Assembly: GCA_030390025.1 (NCBI GenBank)
Contig: CM059425.1
Location: 170,192,001 to 170,256,000 of the forward strand
DNA: 64,000 bases
Source: Squalus acanthias
Lineage: Eukaryota
Reading direction: 5' to 3'
The notes beneath the pieces were generated by a model. It had not been told where the DNA came from. It did not search any database and saw nothing but the letters and a program-made list of their open reading frames with translations. This document shows positions 12,291-23,472 of the stretch, in pieces. Positions within the stretch are counted from its first letter, which is position 1, and each line of letters opens with the position of its first letter. The position numbers and the translations under genes were made by a program.

Positions 12291-14259
12291 TACACCACAT
12301 CCACTGGTTCCCCTTTATCCACTCTGCTAATCACAACCTCAAAAATCTCTAACAGATTTGTCAAACATGATTTCCCTATCATAAATCTGTGTCGACTCTG
12401 CCCAATTGCATTATGATTTTCTAAGTGCCCTGTTACCACACCCCTAGTAATAGATTCTAGCATTTTCCCTACTACTGATGTCAGGCTAACACATCTACAG
12501 TTGCCTGTTTTCTCTCTCCCTCCTTTCCTGAATAGCAGGCTTATGTTTGCTACCATCCAATCCACGGAGACCGTTCTAGAATCTAGGGAATTCTGGAAGA
12601 TCAAAACCAATGCATCCACAATCTCTGTAGCTACCTCTTTTAAAACCCTAGGATGTGGGCCATCAGGTCCAGGGGATTTGTCAACTGTTAGTCCCATTAA
12701 TTTCTCCAGTACAACTTCTTTATTAATACTAATTTCTTTAAGTTCCTCATTCTCGCTATACCCTTGGTTCCCCACTATTTTCCGGAATGTTATTTGTGTC
12801 TTCTACCATGAAGGCAGATACAAAGTATTTGTTTAATGTTTCGGCCAGTTCCTTATTCCCCATTATAATTTCTCCTGTCTCTGCCTTTAAGGGACCCACG
12901 TTTACTTTTGCTAATCTCTTCCTTTTTACTTACCTATAGAAGCTTTTACAGTGGACCTGCCTCCAAACCCGCACTCTGAGCACCGGCAAAATTCAGCCTA
13001 ATATGTTTGTTTAATGTCTCTGCCATTTCCTTATTGCCCATTATAATTTCTCCTGTCTCTGCTTCTAATGGGCCCACGTTTACTTTCACTAATCTCTTCC
13101 TATTTACATACCTATAGAAGCTTTTACAGTCTGTTTTTATGTCTCTTGCTAGTTTACTCTCATATTCTCTTTTCTCTTTCTTTATCAATTTCTTGGTCAT
13201 CCTTTGCTTAATTCTAAAATCCTCCCAATCCTCAGGTTTACTGCACTTTTTGGTAACATTATAAGCCTCTTCCTTTAATCTAATATAAACTTTAATTTCT
13301 CTTGTTAGCCACGATTGGGGTTTTTATTTCTTAGGGAAATATATTCATTGCGAATTATGAATGAATTCTTTAAATGTTTGCCATTGATTATCTACCATCA
13401 TATCTTTTAATCTAGTTTCCCAATCTACCTTAGCCAACTCGCCCCTCATACCTACATAGTTTGCTTTGTTTAGATTTAAGACCTAGTTTCGGACTGAACT
13501 CAATCATTCTCAGACTCAATAAAAATTCTATCATATTATGATCACTCTTCCTCAGTGGCTCCTTTACTACAAGGTTATTAATTAACCCTTTCTCATTGCA
13601 CAATACTAGATCTAAAAGAACCTGTTTCCTAGTTGGTTCCTTGACATACTGATCTAGAAAACAATCTTGAATACATTCCATGAACACGTCCTCCACACTA
13701 TTACTGCAAATTTGGTTTCCCAGTCTATATGAAGATTAAAGTCCCCCATGATTATTGTATTACCCTTGTTACATGCACCTCTAATTTCCTGATTTAGACT
13801 CTGCCCGACACTACAACTACTGTTAGGGGGCCTATAAACTACTCCCACCAGTGTTTCCTGCCCCTTGTAGTTTCTTAGCTCCACCCAAACTGATTCTACA
13901 TCTTGATTTTTTGAGCTAAGATCCTTTCTCTCTACTGTCATTATCCCATTCTTTATTATCAGTGCTACCACCACTCCCCCCACCCCCTTTCCATTTTGCC
14001 TATCTCTTCTAAAAGTCAAGTATCCTGGAATATTTAGTTCCCAAACTTGGTCACTCTGCACCCACATCTCCGTAATGGCTATTAGATCAAACCCATTTAT
14101 TTCTATCTGTGCTATTAATTCATCTATTTTTTCGCGAATGCTCATAATGTGAATGTATGGAAACCAGTAGGTCACATAGAAAACATGTGTGGTTTAATTC
14201 ACCTAAGCAGCTGAGCACTTGTGATGATTTTTGTACCCCATCCTGATAGTTGCACCGTA

Positions 14260-14480
14260 CCCCACCCTATCGCTATAATCTCCTTTATCACTGTATTTCC
14301 TCCCAACCTCTCCTTTCTTCTGATTCTGGCTTTTATGCATCTCTCATCCCTTCGACCCACCATTGGCAGTAGAGCCTTCAGTTGGCATAGTCTTACTCTT
14401 CGGATTTTTGTCAATAATCCTCTCTGCCTCTTCACCCCATCACTTTTTAAAACCTCTTCAAAAGCCATGATCTGGCCTCC
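14260..14480 (+). mobile_element. Degenerate L2 LINE 3' end
   Basis: Resembles 47510-47750 (accattggcagtagagccttcag...ttaaaacctc). Confidence 0.5.
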
Positions 14481-14618
14481 CAGCAGGGAGCAATGCTCAC
14501 ACATAGCATATTCCTGGAGAACATGGCCTCATGCCCCATCATTTTCTGTTTAAAAATATTAATGGCTGAGATGTGCTCACTGCTCAGAATGCCAAATGAT
14601 GGAATCACCATCTATCAT

Positions 14619-15344
14619 GGGCCGAAAATTGATCCCGGGACGCGAGAGTACGCACTGCGTACTCTCGCGTATTCCCACTCCAATTGCCGGTTTTCTGCAT
14701 GCCCTGCGCATGCGCTGAAAACCGGCAATTGCTCTTCTGAAAAGGGGGCAGGGCCTGGGTGCATCGCGTGCGCGCTACAGGCTGCGCGCACGCTGTGCAC
14801 TTCATGCTTTGGACCCGCAGGTTAGTAGGGAAGATTTTGGAAATGTAAAAAGGAGGAGTAAGACCCGCTTTTAAGAAGGTAAGTAGTGAATTAAGTATTT
14901 TTTTGAATTTTTTTTTACAGGTATATCTTTTATATAGACTTTAAAGACAGGTAAGTTTATTTTTATAACTTTTTAAAAGATTTTAAATTTTTTCAAAAAT
15001 TTAATTTTTTATTTAAAATGGTTAATTTAATTAACTATACTTATTTTATTAATGTGATGGGTTTTTTTTATTTAATTGAGGTTTAGCTGTTATTTTGGGG
15101 GGGTGTAAGATTCATAAGTCTCACAGCATGAATGGAAGATGGTGTGCTGCCATTGGCTCTAACTGAGTCACGTGATCCCACAGCTCGCACGAATTCACTA
15201 CGCCGCTGGGATACGCAAGCCCAGCACAGCTGATGTCTGGAACATCAATTTCGTGCGAGCTGGATCAGAAAAAGCATAAGCGAGGTGAGACATCGCGGGG
15301 AAGGCTTACCCCCGCGGGAACAGAGCGAGATCAATTTCTGGGCC
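14619..15344. mobile_element. Harbinger-type MITE
   Basis: TIRs gggccgaaaattgatc / gatcaatttctgggcc (13/16 match) and 3-bp TSD cat. Confidence 0.8.
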
Positions 15345-15545
15345 CATATATTAAAAATCTCATGCCTGCATACATTTCCTGCCTATAAAACCTTACTTTT
15401 GGTCACAATTTGTGTCAATTTATTCCCATTATAAATTCCTACGTTCACCTTTGTTATGGAAACTGCCTCTGCAAACTTATGCTGTAATTACACCCTCCCA
15501 CCAATGGCAGTGCTATAATGCCTCAATTTTGTACCTCCCAACTCC

Positions 15546-16807
15546 TCAGGGGGAGATCATGTCTAACCAATTTGATTGAATTTTTCAAGCGGGTGTGGAT
15601 GAGGGTAGTGCAGTTGATGTAGTCTACATGGACTTCAGTAAGGCTTTTGACAAAGTCCCGCATGGGAGACTGGTCAAGAAGGTAAGAGCCCATGGGATCC
15701 AGGGCAATTTGGCACATTGGATCCAAAATTGGCTTAGTGGCAGGAGGCAGTGGGTGATGGTCGAAGGTTGTTTTTGTGACTGGAAGCCTGTGTCCAGTGG
15801 TGTACTGCAGGGATCGGTGCTGGGTCCTTTGCTGTTTGTAGTGTACATTAATGATTTAGATATGAATGTAGGAGGTATGATCAGTAAGTTCGCAAATGAC
15901 ACGAAAATTGGTGGAGTGGTAAATAGCGAGGAGGGAAGCCTCAGGCTACAGGACGATATAGATGGGTTGGTTAGATGGGCAGAACAATGTCAAATGGAAT
16001 TTAACCCTGAAAAGTGTGAGGTGAAGCATTTTGGGAGGACTAACAAGGCAAGGGAATACACAATGAATAGTAGGACCCTAGGAAGGACAGAGGATCAGAG
16101 GGACCTTGGTATGCATTTACATAGATCCCTGAAGGCAGCAGGACAGGTAGATAAGGTGGTTAAAAAGGCATATGGGATACTTGCCTTCATTAGCCGAGGC
16201 ATAGAATATAAGAGCAGGGAGGTTATGATGGAGCTGTACAAAATGCTAGTTAGGCCACAGCTGGAATACTGTGTGCAGTCTGGTCACCACACTCTAGGAA
16301 GGATGTGATTGCACTGGAGAGGGTGCAGAGGAGATTCACCAGGATGTTACCTAGGCTGGAGCGCTTCAGCTATGAAGAGAGACTGGACAGGCTGGGGTTG
16401 TTTTCCTTAGAGCAGAGAAGGCTGAGGGGGGACCTGGTTGGGGTGTACAAAATTATGAGGGGCATAGATAGGGTAGATAGAAAGGAACTTTTCCCCTTAG
16501 TAGAGGGGTCAATAACCAGGGGGCATAGATTCAAGGTAAGGGGCAGGAGGTTTAGAGGGGATCTGAGGAAAAACTTTTTCACCCAGAGGGTGGTTGGAAT
16601 CTGGAACTCACTGCCTGAAAGGATGGTAGAGGCAGGAACCCTCACAACATTCAAGAAGCATTTAGATGAGCACTTGGAACGCCATAGCATACAAGGCTAT
16701 GGACCAAGTGCTGGAAAATGGGATTAGAATAGACAGGGCTTGATGGCCAGCGCAGACACGATGGGCCGAAGGGCCTCTTTCTGTGCTGTATAACTCTATC
16801 ACTCTAT
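15546..16807 (+). mobile_element. 5'-truncated CR1 (family 1), RT to 3' tail; the tail resumes at 17652-17665
   Basis: ORFs 15595..16308 and 16305..16727 are nearly identical to the reverse complement of 2575-3860. Confidence 0.95.
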
Positions 16808-17651
16808 GGGCTGGATTTTGTCAATGTGGATGTGATGGAGCCGGGACTCCCACTTTTTGGGTTGTAGTCCCGCCTCCATCGACTTGTGGCCAACTCACTG
16901 TATTTTCCCTTGATTGACCTTGTTAAGCCCGCCCAGCGGGCTTACCAGGCCAATCAAGGGTCCCTTGGATACAGGTGACGTCAGCCATTGAAATTTCATC
17001 TGTCAAGAGCTTTTGACAGATGAAATTTCAGCGTTTGACAGCTCTGTGAAGCTGTCAAACAGTGACAATATGATTTCTAACTTGAGTCTCTGTACTTAGA
17101 CTCAGTTAGAAATCAATCCATCACAGAAAGCAGAGACTGCAGCTTTTGACAGCTCCGCGGCCATTCTGCTTTCTGTGCCGTGGATGTGAGGGACTCCCGA
17201 CACCTTAAGGAAGCTAGCCTGCAGGACAAAGTTAAGGTAAGTAAAAGTTCTTAAAACACTTTACACACACCAAACACACTTACCTCTGCACTCATGGCCC
17301 CATCACTCACCTGCACACTGGACATCTCGACCCCTCCAAGCCCTCCAGACCGACGGTCCACCGCGCTAAATCGGCGTGGTTCGGACCTGTCGGGAAGCCC
17401 ACACTTCAGGGCTAAAAATAGGGATTAGGCAAAAAACTGCCTGTTAACTACCTGTTAAGAGGCAATTTATTGGCACTAATCCCCTTCCCGCCTCGGGGAG
17501 GCGGGTCCCAGCACAGGTCGGGTACCCGCCTCCTGGGAAACTGACAGGGAGGCGGGTTGGGGGCGGGATGGGTTCGGGACCCCCGAATTTGCTATTTTCA
17601 CACCACTCCCATCTCCAAACCCGCCTCCACGGGCCGGTGAAAATTGAGCCC
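16808..17651. mobile_element. Harbinger-type MITE, family B copy 1
   Basis: Termini gggctggatttt / aaaattgagccc and TSD tat (16805-07, 17652-54). The empty site is visible in the CR1 tail at 2575-2605. Confidence 0.9.
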
Positions 17652-18522
17652 TATGACTATGACTCAGGGGTTGGAATATATAGACGGTTTGCTCCCAACC
17701 TCGGTCACACCTCATAGAGAGGTGCAGGATCGGAATGGGGTTGGTGTGACCGATAGTGTACAGAGTAAGGAGAACCCAGGTGAGATAGAGAACGAAGATC
17801 CACAGAAACTGAACCTATCCAACAGGTACAATGTACTTTCTAACTGTGAGGAAAAGGATTAAGACTGCCAGAATGCTGACCATGACACCTTGGAGCAGGA
17901 GGCTCTCCAAAGGGAGGAGGAAGGGAAGTCTAATGTGTTAGTTGTAGGGGATTCAATAATTAGGGGAACAGCTAGCATCCTTTGTAAGCAGGATCAAGAG
18001 TCCCACATGGAATGTGGCCTACCTGGTGCCTGGGTGAGGGACATCTCGAACCAGCTTGAAAGGATATTGGAGAGGCAGGGGGAGGATCCAGTCGTTGTGG
18101 TCCATTTTGGGACCAACAATATAGGGAAGAGTAGGCAAGAGGTCCTGTTTGGAGTGTACCACGCACTAGGAGCTAAATTAAAAAACAGGACCTCAAGGGT
18201 TATAATCTCTGGATTATTACCCAAGCTACGTGCAAATTGGTGTAGGGATAAACTGATTAGGGAGGTGAACACATGGCTGAAGGAGTGGTGTGGGAAAGAG
18301 GGGTTCCATTTCGTGGGACACTGGCACCAGTACTGGGACAGGAAGGAACTGTTCCATTGGGATGGGCTCCACCTGAATTGGGCTGGGACCAGAGTCCTAA
18401 TGGAAAGTATAAATAAGGCTGTCATGAAGACTTTAAACTAGTAAATGGCGGGAGGGAGGGCTCAGGTGGAAAAGGTAGTATAAATAATAATTCTAAAACA
18501 AATGAAAAGGAAGAGTAGAGTA

Positions 18523-21318
18523 ATCGTCAGAAATTATGTGTCATCCTCCGTCTGCTTCACGATGACATGCAAGCCGTGATCCTGACCAACGGATCCACCA
18601 CAGACCCAATTCACATACAGACCGGGGTCAAGCAAGGCTGTGTCATCGCACCAATGCTCTTCTCGATCTTCCTTGCTGTAATACTCCATCTCACCCTCAG
18701 TAAGGTCCCCGCTGGAGTGGAGCTAATCTACAGAACAAACGGGAAACTGTTCAACCTCCAGTTCAGATCAAAAGCCGTCCCATCCTCTGTCATTGAATTA
18801 CAGTATGCAGACGATGCTTGCGTCTGCGCACACTCAGAGGTCAAACTCCAAATCATCGTCAACACCTTCACCGAAGCGTACAAGAGCATGGGCCTTACAC
18901 TAAATATCCATAAGACAAAGGTCCTCTACCAACCTACCCCACCACACAGTACTGCCCCCCGATTATCAAAATCCATGACGAGGCCTTGGACAATGTGGAC
19001 CACTTTCCATACTTCGGGAGCTACTGTCAACAAGGTCAGACGTCGATTACGAAGTCCAACACTGCCTTCAGAAACATAGAAACATAGAAGATAGGAGCAG
19101 GAGTAGGCCATTCAGCCCCTCGAGCCTGCTCCGCCATTCAATGAAATCATGGCTGATCATCCAAATTCAGTACCCTGTCCCTGCCTTCTCTCCATATCCC
19201 TTGATCCCTTTAGCTTTAAGAAATATATCTAACTCCTTCTTGAATATATTTAATGAATTGGCCTCTACTGCCTTCTGTGGTAGAGAATTCCATAGGTTCA
19301 CCACTCTCTGGGTGAAGAAATTCCTCCTCATCTCAGTCCTAAATGGCTTACCCCTTATCCTTAGACTGTGACCCCTGGTTCTGGACTCCCCGACCATCGG
19401 GAACATCCTTCCTGCATCTAGTCTGTCTAGTCCTGTTAGAATTTTATAAGTTTCAATGAGATCCCCTCTCATTCTTCCAAACTCCAGCGAGTATAAGCCC
19501 AATCGACCCAATCTCTCCTCATACGTCATTCCTGCCATCCCAGGTATCAGCCTGGTGAATCTTCGCTGCACTCCCTCCATGGCAAGAACATCCTTCCTCA
19601 GATAAGGCGACCAAAACTGCACACAATACTCAAGATGTGGTCTCACCAAGGCCCTGTACAACTGCAGCAAGACATCCTTGTTCCTGTACTCGAACCCTTT
19701 CGCTACGAAGGCCAACATAACATTTGCCTTCTTAACCGCCTGCTGCACCTGCATGCTTACCTTAAGCGATTGGTGCACAAGGACACCCAGGTCTCATTGC
19801 ACTTCCCCTTCTCCCAATCTATTGCCATTCAGATAATAATCTGCCTTCCTGTTTTTGACATCAAAGTGGATAACCTCGCATTTATCCACATTATATTGCA
19901 TCTGACATGCTTCTGCCCAATCACCCAACATGTCCAAATCATACTGCAGTTTCTCGGCATCCTCCTCACGGCACACACTCCCACCAGCTTTGTGTCGTCT
20001 GCAAACTTGGAGATATTACCTCCAATTCCCTTGTCTAGATCATTAATATATATTGTGAATAGCTGGGGTCCTAGGACCGATCCCTGCGGTACCCCAGTAG
20101 TCACTGCCTGCCACTCGGAAAAAGACCCATTTATTCCAACTCTTTGCTTTCTGTCTGCCAACCAGTTCTCTATCCAAGTCAATACCTTGCCCCCAATCCC
20201 ATGTGCCTTAACTTTACACGCTAATCTCTTATGCGGGACATTATCGAAAGCCTTCTGAAAGTCCAAATACACCACATCCACTGGTTCTCCCTTATCTATT
20301 TTACCAGTTACATCCTCAAAAAATTCCAGTAGATTAGTCAAGCACGATTTACCTTTTGTAAATCCATGCTGACTTTGTCCGATCCTGTCACTGTTTTCCA
20401 AGTGCTCTGCTATTACATCTTTTATAATGGACTCTAGCATTTTCCCCACTACCGATGTCAGGCTTACCGGTCTATAATTCCCCATTTTCTCTCTACCACC
20501 TTTTTTGAATAGTGGGGTAACATTAGCTACCCTCCAATCCATGGGAACTGTTCCAGAGTCTATAGAATTTTGGAAGAATTTCAGTGTGCCAGTGCAGCCA
20601 TCGGTCGCCTGAGGAAGAGAGTGTTTGAAGACCAGAACCTCAAACCCGGCACCAAGCTCATGGTCTACAGAGCAGTAGTGATTCCCTTCCTCCTGTATGC
20701 TTCAGAGACATGGACCATGTACAGCAGGCACCTCAAAGCACTGGTGAGGTACCACTAACGCTGCCTCCGCAAGATCCTGCAAATCCATTGGCAGGATAGG
20801 CGCACCAACATCAGTGTTCTCGCTCAGGCCAACATCCCCAGCATCGAAGCTTTGACCACGCTCGATCAGCTCCAATGGACGGACCACATCGTCTGCATGC
20901 CCGATACGAGACTCCCAAAACAAGCGCTCTATTCAGAGCTCCGACATGGCAGGAGAGCCCCAGGTGGGCAGAGGAAACGCTTCAAGGACACCCTCAAAGC
21001 CTCCTTGAAAAAGTGCAACATCCCCTCCGACACCTGGGAATCCCTGGCCCAAGACCGCTCAAAGTGGAGGAGAAGCATCCGGGAAGGCGCCGAACACCTC
21101 GAGTCTCTTCGCCAGGAGCAAGCGGAAGCCAAGCACAAACAGTGGAAGGAACACACGTCAACCCAAGCACCCCACCCACCTGCCCCTTCAACCACCATCT
21201 GCCCCACCTGTGACAGAGACTGTAGGTCCCGCATTGGACTCATCAGTCACCTGAGAACTCATTTTTAGTGTGGAAGCAAGTCATCCTCGGTTCCGAGGGA
21301 CAGCCTCAGAGAAGAGAG
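18523..21318 (+). mobile_element. 5'-truncated RTE-clade LINE, interrupted by a CR1
   Basis: GVKQGCVIAP and LQYADD (18567..19079), then YASETW, RLPKQALYSEL, GGQRKRFKD and a C-terminal C2H2 finger CPTCDRDCRSRIGLISHLRTH. Short 3' stem-loop cctcgg-tt-ccgagg. Confidence 0.9.
19072..20579 (-). mobile_element. 5'-truncated CR1 inserted in the RTE
   Basis: RT ORFs 19829..20542 and 19167..19778, an (aaacatag)n tail, and TSD ttcag (19067-71, 20580-84). Confidence 0.95.
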
Positions 21319-21875
21319 GTTGGCACTACAGGTAAAGGGAAAACTAAAAGATGTAAAGTAATTAAATCAGGAGAGAGAAATAAGAAATGTGTGAGAAAAA
21401 CAACATTAGAGCAGAAGGACAGGCTAGGGTGTGTGGCCCAAATAAGCATTCTTTATACAAATGCACAGAGTATAAGGAACAAATTAAATTAATTGCAGGT
21501 GCAAATTCAATTTAGAGGGTACAACATGGTAGCCATGGCTGCAAGATGGTCAGGACTGGGAACTGAATATACCAGGTTATAAGGTCTACAGGAATGATAG
21601 AGAATCTGGTCGAAAAGGACGAGTGGCATTAGTGATTACGGATGAAATTACTTCTATGATAAGAAATGATATAAAGAGAGGTAACCAGGCAGTGGAGACT
21701 TTATGGGTAGAATTAAGAAATAGAAAAGAATTTAAGACTGTAGTGGGAGTTGTGTATAGACTCCCTGGTAGCAGCTGTGAAGTGGCAGAATGTATTAATG
21801 CAGAGATTAGACAAGCATGTAGTAAAGGCAGAGTGGTTTTAATGGGGGATTTTAACTTCCACATAGATTGGGATA

Positions 21876-22075
21876 TGATGCGGAGATGCCGGTGTTGGAC
21901 TGGGGTGGACAAAAGTGAGAAGTCGCACAATACCAGGTTATAGTCCAACAGCTTTATTTGAAATCACAAGCTTTCGGAGCGCTGCTCCTTCGTCACCTGA
22001 CGAAGGAGCAGCGCTCCGAAAGCTTGTGATTTCAAATAAAGCTGTTGGACTATAACCTGGTGTTGTGCGACTTCT
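21876..22075. mobile_element. 200-bp fold-back PLE family-1 insertion
   Basis: Inverted arms 21916-21995 / 21998-22077 (80 bp, 1 mismatch) and TSD catagattgggata (21862-75, 22076-89). Confidence 0.85.
21993..22029 (+). ncRNA. Minimal type I hammerhead ribozyme motif (family 1)
   Basis: tcac-CTGACGA-a-ggagc(agc)gctcc-GAAA-gc-T-T-gtga, with predicted cleavage after 22025. Confidence 0.7.
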
Positions 22076-23472
22076 CATAGATTGGGATAAGCAGACGAGC
22101 TCATGTCAGAAAGGTCAGAAATGACAGAAGATCAGTGGGAGGTGTTAAAAAAAGAATTTAACGTGATACAAAACCAGTTTATACCCATAAGGGGCAAGAG
22201 CCCTATTTTCCAAAAAAAAAGCCATGGATGACTAAAAAGGTAAGGGGCAACATAAAAAGAAAAGAAAAAGCATACAAAAATGCAAAAAAAACACAGATCC
22301 CCGTGAATGGGAGAGATGCAAATAACAGCAAGGGGGAACAAAACAGACAGTAATAGCTACAAAAGGGGAGTATGAAAAGAAACTTGCAAGGGATATGAAA
22401 ATCCACACAAAAAATTTTACAATTGTATTAGGAAAAAGAGGATGGTTAAGAACAATGTGGGCCCCTTAAAAGCTGATAATGGTGATATAAATGAAAATAA
22501 AGAAATGGCGAACATGTTGAATAATTACTTTGCATCAGTATTTACAGTAGAGGAAGAGGATAGCATGCCAGACATCCCAAGGAAATTAGTATTGAATCAG
22601 GGACGGGGACTCACCAAAATTAGCGTAAGCAAAATAACAGCAATGAAGAAAATAATGGTCCTAAAGAGTGACAAATCCCCAGGACCAGATGCTTTCCATC
22701 CCAGGGTTTTAGAGGAAGTAGGTGAGTACATTGCAGATGCCTTAACTATAATCTTTCAAAGTTCTCTCAGGAACCGTTCAGTGGACAGGGGAATGTCTAT
22801 AGATATTATTTATATGGGCTTCCAGAAGGCATTTGATAAAGTCCCTCATAAGAGACTGTTAGCTAAAGTTGAAACTCATGGAATTGAGGGCAAATTATTG
22901 AGCTGGCTAGGAAATTGGCTGAGCGACAGGAGATAGTGAGTAGGAATAATGGGCGGGTACTCTAATTGGCAGGATGTGACTAGTGGTGTCCCACAGGGAT
23001 CTGTGTTGGGGCCTCAACTATTCACTGTATTTATTAATGACTTAGATGACGGGATAGAAAGCCACATATCCAAGTTTGCTGATGATACAAAGATAGGCAG
23101 CATTGTAAGCAGTGTAGATGGAAGCATAAAATTACAAAGAGTTATTAATAGATTCAGTGAATAGGCATAACTGTGGCAAATGGATTTCAATACAGGCAAG
23201 TGTGAGGTCATCTACTTTGGACCTAAAATGGATAGATCAGTGCACTTTCTAAATGGTGAAAAGCTAGAAGTAGTGAAGGTCCAAAGAGACTTAGGGGTCC
23301 ATGTACATAGATCATGAACATGTCATGGACAGGTACAAAAAATAACAAAAAGGCTAATGGAATGCTGGCCTTTACATCTAGAGGACAACAATACAATGGG
23401 TTAGAAGTTCTGCTACATCTGTACAAAAAGCCTTGGTTAGACCAACCTTGTATACCTTGCAATATAGGCATA

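Larger units (their letters stand above)
9502..14150 (-). mobile_element. CR1 LINE (family 2) ORF2 and 3' end, interrupted by several insertions and a deletion
   Basis: 3' tail at ~9502. C-terminal ORF 9659..10075, RT pieces at 11647-12775 and APE at 13430-14150 (AITE, YRPP, GDFN, SDHN). Confidence 0.9.
17700..23450 (+). mobile_element. CR1 LINE (family 3) with ORF1 esterase and degraded ORF2, host of nested insertions
   Basis: VGDSIIRG, VHFGTNN and DGLHLN (17890..18441). YTNAQSIRNKL and GDFNF (21440-21870). KAFDKVPH, QGSVLGP and FADD (22442-23164). Confidence 0.9.

Noticed and set aside
21876..22089. CRISPR-like or terminator-like reading of the palindromes
   Set aside because: There is no repeat-spacer array and the context is eukaryotic; the structure is explained as an inverted PLE repeat with a TSD.
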